From Balanoglossus misakiensis (lineage: Eukaryota > Animalia > Hemichordata): 64,000 nt of DNA. The notes beneath the pieces were generated by a model. The model had not been told where the DNA came from, did no database searches, and worked only from the letters and a program-made list of their open reading frames with translations. The stretch is from the NCBI GenBank assembly GCA_040954595.2, contig CM082582.2, positions 2,154,303 through 2,218,302 of the forward strand, written 5' to 3'. The translations under genes were made by a program, and so were the position numbers. Positions 38,751 through 51,356 of this stretch are shown piece after piece (position 1 is the stretch's first letter; each line of letters starts with the position of its first letter).

Positions 38751-41700
38751 TTACCTGTCGGTGAAGGACAGAGGTGTTATACTACCAACAGCATTGCTGA
38801 TATCATTCCCAGTTGTGAGCTGATTGAATTTTGTAAGTAAATGTCTTGGTTCATCCAGTGAAGTTGTTAATAACACTGCACCCAACTGATGTCCACTCAA
38901 GATGTGATAGTGGGAATCAAAGAGAATCAACTGAAAAAAAAGACAATGATAGTTCATCTAACTTTGTGTGTACTTTAATACAAGTATATTTTCATGGTTA
39001 TATCTTATTATTTAGAGTTAGATGTTTTCATATTAAGTGAATCAAGTGCCATGGTGCCCAAAACTCAAGTTGGATAGCAGTATTATAATTATGTTATTAT
39101 TTGACTTAATGAAATGCCAAAAATACACAGCAACTGTTTTGTGATAATCATTACCTTGTTTTGGTGCCTGTAGAAAACCACACTCTGTCCTCGTGAAATG
39201 TATATTGCAGTGTAAATGGTTTCTCGTGAGAACTGTTGTTGTAACTGATATACAAGACTTTCTGTTGTGTCGCTGAAATTGTTGTAAACAGGACCTATCT
39301 CTTGATTGTATTGTGTAGGAAACCTGCAATGTGCAACTGCCTCTTCAACAGTCAAATTAAGTGAAGGGGGAGAGACATGTTGTTCGATATATCTGGAAGT
39401 GAAAGAAAAATAATTTGGTAAGTACTGAATAATAATGTTCCAACTATGAGTAAAGATCCGCCATACATGTAACTTTGACCTCTGTAGAAACATTTTACTG
39501 ACACATTTTTTTTTTAAATTTGGCTGGATGATGACTTTACATATACATATACATGTACATTGTTTTTACATTATTCATGATTGATAAAGTATCATACACA
39601 GGCTTACCTGTCATGGCTTTCATTTCCTGACTTGAGACCTAAATACAGTAGTGAACTAACTGCATGGGGTAGAGATGTGTGTGTGTTTACCTGGGATGGA
39701 ATCTGATCCAGGACTGCTCTATTCAAATGGAACAGTCTAGCTATATACAAAGCGATTATGGTACATGCATTGCTGCTGCCATGTCTTACACCGGCCTGAC
39801 TGAAACTGGGTGGAAATACCCAATATAAACAGTTGTGATATGACTGTGTTTGAGGCATGGATAGAAGCATTGTAAATGATCTACCGGACGAGGATGTAGT
39901 GTTGTTTTGTGACTGGTGCTGTGTCTGGCTTTGTCTTTGTATTGGAGGTTGTTCTCGGTGTGGCTGGTGTTCTTGGTGTCTACTAGTAATAGTATTGTCT
40001 GATGAGTTCTCACTGGTTTGTGCATGTAATAGCAAAGGACATGTTATTTATGACTTTGTTTGTTGTCTTGGTGTGACCATACTGTTTACAATGTGAACAC
40101 CGTCTTCTGCTAGCTGCAAATGGTTGAGAAGATGGTTGTGTATTGGTACACGTCTGTCTGTCTGGTTGATGGTGTGGTCTTTGAATGTGTATATTTTGAA
40201 GTTTTGTGGAGAGGTCAATACCAAACTGGGGTGAAATGTAGTATTGCCTATCTCTTTGTGTGATGACAGGTGTAACATTACAAGTGGATGTTTCTTCATC
40301 TGTGCGCTGTTGTTGTGTTTGCTGTTGTTCATTTGAAACTGTAGGTGATGATTGTGTGGGCTGAAGGAGAGAGTCATTGAGGGATTTGACTAGTTTCTGT
40401 GCCTGATCCTGAATAAGAGGTGTGCATATTGGACAGCTTGAGTCAGTTTCAAGATGTGAGGAATGTATAAGATGACGGCATGGTAGGTGAAGGAGATCTG
40501 TAGTGTCATTATGTGGGTTGGAACAACCAGGATGGTCACATAATTTGTGAGGTGCAGGATCATGTGCTACTACATATGAAAGTGGCATTTGCTTGGGTTG
40601 AATCTGTGTGTGTAAGGTCTTAAGGTGGTAAGTTGGAGGGCCACGTGGCAAACCATCACTATCTGTATCCTGTGTTTTCTTGGACTTTCCAATATTGGCT
40701 GCTATATCTGTAAACAAGGTGGTCATAGCTTCTGCTGCCTTCCCTGCCAAGACGGAGTAATCCCTTTTGCTGATCCCTCTCTGGCCTGGTGGTATGAACA
40801 CGCTGGTTAGCTGTTGTTGGCAACTGTTGCAGCTGAGAGACCGGGCTGTTTTCTGGATGTCAGAAGCTGATATGTTGGTTCGTTGTGTGTGTCTTCTGAG
40901 CTGTGCATGAAACAACTCAACAAGAGCTTCAGTGAAAGCAGTGAGATATGAAGAATAGTGTGATGTTAAAGATGTGAAAGATAGAGAGTGAAATTCTGAA
41001 TCACTCAAGTATGACAGACATGCCCTGTCGTAATGATGTCGTCCCCACTGGATGAAGAAGATGCTGATTCTCTTCATGAGTTGTTGATACAACTTGTAGT
41101 TACCAGATCGGAAGACAGCAGCATACAAGAGGAGACAAGCTGGTAGAATGTCTTCCAGGGCATGGATGACAAAATCAACCTCTGGATCCTTGCAGTGGTG
41201 GAAGGTTTGAAGTACCTGCTCACGGACCAATCTCCAGCCAAGGTAAAATGTACACAGCACCAGTTTTGTCTGCCATGGTCTTGGTTTCAAGGGAAGGTCT
41301 CTCTGGAACACTGCCTTGTACAATGGAGCATAGATTGCCCAACACATCATCACATGGTCTTCATCGATGTTGAGGTTGACATGTAGTGGTCCCTGTCTTG
41401 GAATAATATTTGTATTAATCTTACCCTGTGCTTGTAATTTCTTGCTGAAAAACCACCCAGGCCAATCTGCTATCATAACCACGGCATACTTTGCAGAGTA
41501 TAATCTGAAAGCAGGAATTTTGTCTAAGATGTGTTGATAACATGTTTGGTAATTCTCAAGACAGTGGAGAGGCATTTCAAGGAGATCAACAAGATGTGAG
41601 TGTTTGAGTGAGTGCATCATCCTGAATTGATATTCTTTGTATAACTTGAAATGCTCCAACATTTCATCAAATTTGTCTGGTGTGATGTTTGTGTAGTCTG

Positions 41701-43934
41701 TTGGTAATGAATCCATGATAGTTTGTGTTTGGCTCATGGTCTCTTGTATAGTGTGTGTTATTATGTCAGGATCTACACCACCAATGACACCATTAACTAC
41801 ATTGTGCATTGTTTCATTTATTGGTATGGCAGGGCAACCTGGAATAGATATTAGTATTGTAGCAAAGTGGAGAGCAGAAGATGTTTTCATGTCTGTGGGT
41901 CGTTTGTGTAATTGTATGTGATGATAATCATCTATGTTAAGGGTGATCAACAGTTTCTTCTGTGAGGGAGAAAAAAGATAAAATGTATAATTATTAAGTG
42001 GATTTAGAACTTCCAGAAGATGTACATGTATATGTACACACAACACAAACATGATGTAATACTGATCACTGACATTTCCACTTTCAAGCAGAATACCAAT
42101 TTTAGATGATGGTTATGTAAAAAAATCAATTTGTATAACTAATTTGCTAAGAAAATAGATTTTATTCAAACAAAATTTCTACTTACATTGTATGCATCTA
42201 ACACACGCCTATTTGTTGTTTCAAAGTTTCGGGTGGCAAGATGTTCTCAAAGCGCTTTATTGTGTTTTGGCTAGCAGAATACCCCATCACACGGCCCAGT
42301 ACCAACCCTTCCCAAGAGAGTCCATGTTGACGAAGAAACAAGCCACAGTCCTTTTCCAGTGTGGAACACTTTTGTGATCTGTCTCAAGAAATTTTGCATG
42401 ATTGGTTAATGTGTACTCCCCACAGCAGTTTTATATAAAAACTGAAATAATAACTGAAAATATTTGTAACATACATTTTTAATCTGTCTGAACATGACAA
42501 ATGGACCATAGAAATTACCTGAAGTAGGAGAGAATGTGTAGTAGCGCAACAGTTCTTTTTCTTTGCAGATGATATCTCTCTGTTGATAGCCTATTGTCTC
42601 TTCTGCAGATTGAATTGAAGATGGCCTGATATAATCCTGGACTGTGTTCGTTGCAAAATGTCTCCATGGACTCACTGCTATACAATCTTTTGTGGGGATT
42701 TGTCTCATAATATTTTAAGAGGGCTTGTTGAAACAACTGTACTGATTCCGCAAAGTTAAAACCTACCAAGCAAACATATTAAAGGGTGAAGACAAGTTTT
42801 CAAAATACCAAATATCTAGCTCTTGACATTGTTATTATTTTTTCACATGATTGATACAGTTCAACTCATACCCTGTGTGTAGGGATAATGCAAAAATACT
42901 TTCATGTGTTTATTTCTGGTACTGACCAAAATTATGTATTCACAGTATTTCTGGTGACTTTAATAAAAATTGATGATATTGGTCTGGTAACCAAAACATG
43001 TGTGGTTAACCTAGTTGAATAAAATGGCTATTTACCTTTTGACAACTTTTTGACGTCTCCCATTATTTTGTCCCAAATGTCCCCCTTTACATGGAAATGG
43101 CCATCGGAAAACTGGATGACCCCGTACAGTGTTTGCATAAATGTATCTTCAGTAACCTGCTGAAAAATATTTAATAAAATATACTGAAAAAACCTGAACA
43201 TGGACATAATATGAATAATTTAATTACATGTACTCTCTTGTGATGTAATATGAATGATTGCATTCTTTTATCAATGGTCAAAGTTATTAACCATGTGATA
43301 CTTACATTACAGTTGGTCTCATGCTCGTCACAGGTCGAGTCAGGCAAAGAGTGGTGGAATGGAACTGGAGCTCCTCCCTTTTTGTGCAAATGAAAATGAA
43401 AAGTTATTCTAGATTTCTAGTAACCATGATTTTGTATTGCTGGCCAGTATCCATTCATTTGCCAGTTAAATTTTCATATTTTGAACAGATAAAATTAAAA
43501 ATCGTACTACCTTTGTGTTACGTGATTTAGATTTTCAGCAAACTCTAATCAAACATGATATATAATGGTGATTTTTTTCTCAATGATGTTGAATTTTATC
43601 AGAAAAGTCACATACAAGATTCCCTCACCTGATGTTCAACTCTTTGCAAACAAGTATGGCAGATCATGCTTCCTACAGTGTTCAGACCTTTCTGCCGTAA
43701 TTCAACCAAAACCTGCATTGGGCATGATCTTAATGACCTCGAATGACCAGTTGTTGATGGATATATGCAGGTCTTGATTCGGCGGCTCTTATCATAGTGA
43801 AGTCTGCATAAAAATTCCCCCTCCCCCACTGCAGCAAACAATGCATGTCTACCATAGACTCGACGGCGCTCACCACTACATAAATCTTGGTATTGAGACC
43901 GTGTACGTGGTGACAAAGCGCATATCATCGCCAT
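38751..43934 (-). pseudogene. Multi-exon Academ/DUF6589-like DDE transposase fused to RING-like finger, CCHC knuckle and C-terminal cysteine protease domain
   Basis: Exons ~43934-43629, ~43377-43306, ~43160-43036, ~42763-42518, ~42378-42187, ~41959-39607, ~39392-39154, ~38930-38751; motifs RSQK..G.FL...G.S, NIDDYH, IADWPG, GPLH, TEALVELFH, CDHPGC..PCRHLIH..CPIC, CSHCKQYGH..TCP, GSSNACT..FDSH; 4-bp duplication frameshift at ~40045 and lesions in 5' exons. Confidence 0.7.
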
Positions 43935-43979
43935 CGTCAGGTTTGGCGTAGTACTGACTGGCTTCCTTATGAGTGAATG

Positions 43980-44201
43980 ATTTCAAATTTCCAACTTATA
44001 GCCATCATGTTGCTAAGGACGCCGTCATGGTTAGTTCAAAATTCGCGCCACGCTGTTGTTATGTTAATTACATCAGCAAACGTGTTAATTTCGCATTTCA
44101 AATTTCAAATTTCCAACTTATAGCAATCAAGTTGCTAAGGACGCCGTCATGGTTAGTTCAAAATTCGCGCCCCGCTATGTTAATTACATCAGTAAACGTG
44201 C
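43980..44201. repeat. ~120-bp tandem duplication just upstream of the Academ-like gene
   Basis: atttcaaatttccaacttatagc...gttgctaaggacgccgtcatggttagttcaaaattcgcgcc occurs at ~43980 and ~44102. Confidence 0.85.
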
Positions 44202-47200
44202 GAATTTCGCGGCAAGACTGACTTCCGCATCAAAACACGCTCAAAATCATTCTAGTTCTACGTCCACGGTGTTACAGAAACAACATTTTGTTGTTATTTT
44301 GTATAGCTGTGTAGTAATTTAATATTATTAATAGCATTATCTGCTAATTTCACGTTCAGGTGGTTGCATCATCGGGGACGATGGCCTTGTGCAGTGTCTT
44401 GAATCTCGTCTGTACTAATAACCATGCCAAACTTTCGCTAAAGAAGGCATGACCAACTTCGGAAGCTTGGAAACATACTCGGGCAAGCGAAGTTTTTTCC
44501 GGGCAAAAGTATGGCTTTGAGTCAATTACTAAGCTTCAATTTGGAAAAGTTTTAGAACCAGCAACTTTAATTTGAAACCAGCAACTCCTTAAAACTGAGG
44601 ATACGTCACTGAAAAAATGAAGGCTCCAAAACGGAGGGACAAATGTGCGTGATTTATTCCTTGCAGAAAATGACTCAAAATAAACTATAAAATGCATTTA
44701 GAATGTTGTTGTTCGTGTACATTAATCCCTGTGTAGTTTTTACTTCGGAAAGATCGACGGTTGAGTAACCCAAGCACCTCCATTTTTGTTGATGCGCGCA
44801 GGAATCAAAGTCTCGACCACCCCTCCAGTGATAATCGACGAACTATTGTCAAAGAATGCGCACAACTATGCGCAATGCATTTGTACAGCGTCGAATTCTC
44901 GTGTACGTTAAGGCGTGGGCGCCCTCTATCGACAGACTGAATACGTTAATCGAGCATAATAAACAATTGTAACCACACCAGCCAATCAGTTGATGTAATT
45001 CATGTTCAAGACAAGCAAATAAAATGAGACATTTCCGAGAAAACCTCCAAAACTATTATCATGTGACAAATAGTGGCATTTTGGGGGTCGAAAATGATAT
45101 TCTTAAAAGAAGGCCAAAAATCCACCGCTAGATGCTCACAATCCCATTATTATTTTTTAGTTTCACCTTATGACCCGTCAACTTTCTCTGATAGGACTCA
45201 TACTGTAGTGTATTTCGCTGCCATAATATTTTGACGATGTAGATTATCGACTACCCATTGACCGGCAGCCAAAATTCCAACATTTATAGGGTTATGCTGA
45301 ATCATTAACTACGTTTTCAAACACAGTATCGTAATCTTGAAATGGGCGAACATGTTAACCTTCGATTACGACCAGAGGTGTCAGAAAATAAAGCTGTTTA
45401 GCGGTGGATTTTTCGTATTTTCCGCCTCGTAAATTATCCTTACCCTGGGACGCTCGTCCAGGGGTGCCATTACGTAATGCCTTAGTTGGCGTGATGCATT
45501 GTGGGTAAAATCAGCTGATCGTATACGCGTATCCTAGCAACTGACATGGACGCTACCATTAGCGCCCGCCCGCGTTCAAGATCATTTTAGTGTCGCTACA
45601 GTTCAGAAAATCGGGAACATACATAATTCCCAATCAGTTTGGGATGATTTTTAGCCACAAGTAGTAATTACTGTCACTCATTCACTTATTTAACAAGCCA
45701 TGACAACATTATATGAGGGAAATAAACCTTTATTTCAACTTCAATCTGGTGAGTACATGGTTTTCATTTTACCCCATCAAAATAGTGCGTCTTGAAAGGT
45801 CAAAGTTCAACTTTTCCTTTGTTCATGTAAAATTGGCGCCATATTCAAATTGCAGCAGATGATCCCTTCAGCTGTTATTTGGAGGTATGCACTTGTTCAG
45901 TTGGCATGTTATCATGGCATTTTGTGGTTATTTTATGGCCATAGCTGCAAGAGCAACAAAAGAGCTTTCTAATTCCGAAAGTCTACTCAGGAAAAGGCTG
46001 AAAATACATCAAGATTTATGCCTGTTTACAACATATCCATTGGACAAAGGTATGCCAAATATCAGGATATCATGGCTAACAGCAGAAATATGCAAGTTAC
46101 CAGTTTAAATTTAAACTGCCACGATTTGAGAAAACACTAAGTGCTTCAGTTCAATGGTTGAATTCCAGGAAAAATGTCAGTATTTCTACAGCATTTTTCT
46201 GCAACTAGTTGGCAAAAACTGCCTTTATCAAGGCAAATCCTACACACAGCACTTGACTGTCAAGAGTGCCAAAGTAGCAATGTTGATGTTCTACTTTTGA
46301 ACAAGTACTATCAGAAACATATCAAAAGTCTTCCCTTCTCGACTGTTGAGGTAATTGAAGATGCAATGGGAGAGATGCAACAACTACAAAATCCACATGA
46401 GACAAAGCTGACTGTCCCTCTTAAATCTGCCGTAAGAACTGCCGGACAGCTATATCAGCGAGTAGAGGAGTCATACAATAAAGTGTACTCAACACCTTTC
46501 AGTGAAGCGCTTCTCAAAGTTCCGGGGTTCAAGCTACAGACAAAAATCAGCAAAGAACAGAAAAAGAAAGACAGACGAGCACTTTATACTAATGTCAAGC
46601 AAAGCATCGAAAAATCCCACGCTAAAAATGACGGAGATTTAAAAACAATCCTAGGATCCGGTCAGTCATTTGCTTGCTACGAATCATGTTGACGGTCTGT
46701 TGACTTTGAGTCTACCGATTCTGCCAAGAAGCGAGTAAATCGCCGTCTACAACTAGAATCCCTCAACAAGCTGACACCAAAAGACCATGTTGTAAAAACA
46801 GAGTCTGTTGAATGGGACAAAAGCTCATTTGTAAGTGAACTTTCCAATTATGATGCTGGCAAGGTCAACTGGAGTAGCCTTGCGAGAAAGTACGGGCTAA
46901 CAGCTGCAAATGGTGGCCAAATACTGAAAGTACGCAACCTCAGCTGGCATCGACACTGACAAGTTCAATATCAATAAGAAGGTTCAAGGTCGAGATTTTG
47001 TCAGAAGAGTACACCGTAAAACATTGAAAGGTCTTGGGGGAGGTGTCACTTCCTCAACACCGACCAGCAAGAGCCCTGCAAGAAATATTGAAAACAAAAA
47101 TAAGAAGTGGCGAAATCGACATCGGTGAATTAATAGCACCAAAAGAGTTCCAAAAGATGACCATTGGAAAAGATGGCAAATTAAAAGAAGAAACTTATAC

Positions 47201-49235
47201 AATCTACGCTAGAAAAATAAACTTACAGACAATCCGAAAACGAGAGCTTGACAGACAAATTAAGCTTGGTGTTCTGAGAAGCCATGTTTATGGGTATGAC
47301 GACGGTCATTACCAAAACCTAGAAGAAAAAGAAATAAGGGATGAGCTACAAAGAATACACGAGTTGAAAGAAGGAGAAACCATCGATGAAATGCGCAGTA
47401 AATTAAAAAGACTACATCACTCACGGCACTTCAAAATATGGCATGACCACAGTACTGTAGGCAACCATTCCCACATTGTCTTCATGGTGAGCTGGATATA
47501 CGACGCGGCAACATATCTGACAAATGAGGAGTACTTGGAGAAACACGGAAAAAAAGTAAACGTTGACTCGCTTGTTGAGAAGCCACATCTATATATAATG
47601 GGACGATCCAACTCCAATGACGTTGATCAGCTGTCATATGTTGAAACCAGAGTAGAAGATCTAAAATGTGCAACAGGACCAATAACATCCGACGAAGGTT
47701 CCAGGGAATACACAGATGTCCACCGATTTTTTCATGGCGATGGACCGGCACAGGAGTTTGAGGATTAGCACCAGAAAGGAGGTCACTACCAGTGCATCTG
47801 TGGAATAGAGTCAAGAAGACATGATGATCTGTCTGCATGTTACCATCTGAAATATCTGTCAATAGATGAGAAACGTAACTTGTTAATCAAGGGCAGCCCA
47901 ATATGGAGAGAAAAGTCACGGCAAACTCCCCATCCATTTGCCAACTTAACAGTGGCCGACCTTAGGAGAGAGCTTGATGCTAGGGGTGAAGAAACTGAAG
48001 GATTAAAGAAGCCAGACTTACAATCTAAACTCTCTGAAATTTTACATGGTATGCAGAGAGTACCAGCACTGCTCCATCTCACTCCAGAATATGATCTTGC
48101 TGAAATAAACTGCTCTGCATATGAAATTTTGCCATCAGAGCCACTCCATGACCTGAATGGACACATCCACAATGTGTTAGAAGAAATTCCAGCACAAACC
48201 AAGGATAAAGAAGAAGCAGTAAAGTTACAGAACTTTATTCAGGCAACATATGGTGGTAAAGACGAAATTCGGGGATGCGATGCACGCAAAGCTATCCTTC
48301 TGGTGTCCCAGTATCTTCACGAGAACAACATAAATACTGAGCATGGTCAGCTTATTGACACGCTTGCTGAAATAAGCGAAACTGCTTATAAACATGACAA
48401 TGACAGATGCCCACGACTGATTCTGCGATTGTATAACACTGTATTTTTGCATGGAATATTGTGCAAAAGGGTATTTGAGAAGCCAAAGAAACTTACCAAA
48501 CGAAAGATGTTCGGGCGGTATTTCCATAACATCACCGTCCATCTACCTGATCAACTGAGATTGGTTTCTCTGAGGTCAACAAATGCTGAAAACCAGGAGC
48601 GAGTTTTCAATCGAATACGGAGAGTGACGAAAACAACTTCCTCCAAGCGTCCAGGTGGTATCATAGGTAATGCCATGATACGTCTAGGTGCAGAAGAAGA
48701 GATGACAAAAGAAAGAGATCCATCACAAATTATAGAATCTGAAATTAGCAAAATTGGAAAGCAGCTCCCAAAACGTCAGAATACAGTAATCCCTGAGGAC
48801 GAAATACTGCGACGACCAACACTACTGCAAAGCCACTATGAAAGGATTGCAGATTTCTTGCTGCCAGGAGAAGGTGCATTGTGGCAGAGACATGAGGAAG
48901 CAATAGAGTTTTTAACTCTGATACCCAGGATGATTTCAAGGTATCTGCAGTGCAATTTAGTCCCAAATATTTTAACTCACACTTTTATTTCTTTTCAATA
49001 ACAATTACTGTTGATTATATGCAGACATAATACAACAGATTGCATGGTGTTTTGGGACAGGAAAAACTAATCTAAAATATAGTATCAAAGCATCAAAAAT
49101 TACATCTATACATGCCCTGTCTTTTTCATGGAACTTTTCTGTCAAGCAGGTTCTGTTATTTTTTGTGACGAGCAACCTCCATTTTTACAAATAATAGAAC
49201 TATTCTCGGATATCCCACATGTTTTATGGCTTTCT

Positions 49236-49584
49236 AAAAAGGTCTCTCACTCGCTGCCCTTTTTCTTTTTGTGTTTTGATACAAAACACCATTTATGTTA
49301 ATGTACATGTGTATATGTAGTGAATGAACGTTCAACCACACACATGTTCCACCATGCTTGTATATGAGAGTAAAAACTCGCCCAAAATGAATAAATGGTA
49401 GAGACCGATTGTTCATTTTGGCAAGGTTTTTCACTCTCGTGTCTACAAGCGGGATGGAAGGTGTGTGTGGTTGAATGTTCATTCAGTATATATCCACATG
49501 TACATTAACATAAACAGTGTCTTGAATGAAACATAATATTAATGGGAAAAGGGCAGCGAGAGAGAGAGAGACTTTGTCCCTTTA
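49236..49584. mobile_element. TTAA-type MITE, copy 2 (intronic)
   Basis: Homologous to 13971-14795 minus the nested insert; ends ...actttgtccct|ttaa. Confidence 0.75.
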
Positions 49585-50918
49585 ACAGCATGCAAATCCT
49601 TATTTATTTTGGAAAATTCTATTGTAAAAATTGTCCAAGATTATAGTACTTACATTAGCCATTGGTGTTGTGTGTAAACTGTTATATAAAGAATGTTTGA
49701 TCAATCTCCTTACCTGTTTATTTCTATAGGAACCAGGACCTCATCTGCATCATTTCCGGTCATAATCTCTGCAAAAGGTACAATGTGATATCAACAGGTG
49801 TTGGTAAGATTGTGTGGACAGAGTAAGAAGTGAAGCAATTGCTTTACCAATCCACAAGATAAAGCTCTATGACAGCAATGGTGAAAGAAGTGGTAGCCTC
49901 ACTGTCACAGGCTTTCAAGATGATAGCAGACGTAAGAGCATATTACATCACAGTCAAACCAAATAAGTGACTTCATCTGTATGCATATAATTTTGGGGGA
50001 AACATTACTTTCAAAAATGTGAATTTCTTTCACTTCAGCCTGTCAAAATTAATTGACCTATATATACCCAGCCATGTTCAACTTTCAATACCACATGAAT
50101 TCAATGAAAGTATATCTAATGGGCAAAAGTGTTGCTTCTCGCCTGATTTAGCAAAATTGAGTGACATAAATACTGGCTGGAACGGCTTAGTTAAATGAAC
50201 GTTTGAAATTATTTTTGAATTATGATTAGTCTATAACAGTAATAAATTTTGAAATAACACTATATAATACAAGCACTACAAAAAATGTCAATATTTTATA
50301 CTACCTTATAGAATCCGAGGAAATTCCAGAGCATCCAATTGGTGTAGATGATGATGACCATGACTTGTTGATTGATCCTGGTTCCCATGAACACATCCTC
50401 TCAGTAGAAGATGATAAACTTGCCCCTGATATTACCATGGACATGAATGACATCGAGCCGACAAGTGTACCTGAAAGGAACATAACATTACATGGTAGCA
50501 ATGCTGAGGAGACCCGTTGCAGTATACCAATAGAAGATACAAGACAGACACAGCATAGTACAGGGGAAGACATCAACATGACAGACTGTGATTTGGAAAC
50601 AGAGCACACTGAGGAGACAGTTGAAGCAGAAAGGATGGAAGTCAATGGTATGGAAAATTGCTGCACTCAAGGAGGTAACTATTACTATAGTGAAGTTACC
50701 ATGTATGGGATTGTTCATTTCAAGGTTCCACTCATTCTTATTTCCTCCCCCCCCCCCCACCATCCCCAAATAAATCTGCAAGCCCCCATTCCAAGCACAT
50801 AGTTATGTCACAGTGCAGGAGATAGTCATTTCAATTTTATTTTATTTTAGAAAGGAAAGATAAATGTGTGTGAGCGGGAAAAGATATGAAACATGACACA
50901 CCCACATATATGTACATT

Positions 50919-51356
50919 TATAATATACCTCATGCTAATACTGTGCCGTGATTCGCCAGAATCCGTCACGTGATAGGAAAATAGAATCGACTATGAACCG
51001 CTAGGGAAATAGCAGAAAAAATATAAACCGGTCACGTGACCCGCGTGAGTGCGCAGACTCGGTCACGTCAATCAGCGTCGCGTCGTCTGACACAATGGCC
51101 AACACTGAAGATGTCGTCTGCCAGCCTCAAGAAAAAATTGCAAGATTTTCCCAGCTGTTAGCATGAGGTTTATTATAAAACACCTATAGCCTGGCCTATA
51201 TTCGGGCCATAGCAGCCGTTTTTACCCCCTCGTGACTGTGAGTTACCAGAATCATATGCTATTTCCCTCGGCCGCATATGATTCTGGTAACTCACAGCCC
51301 CTCGGGTGTAATAAACGGCCGCTATGGCCCTCATGGCCAGGCAATAGGTGTTCAAT
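50919..51356. repeat. Palindromic Crypton-like non-autonomous repeat (intronic)
   Basis: acctcatgctaa/ttagcatgaggt and acacctatagcctggcc/ggccaggcaataggtgt inverted pairs. Confidence 0.5.
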
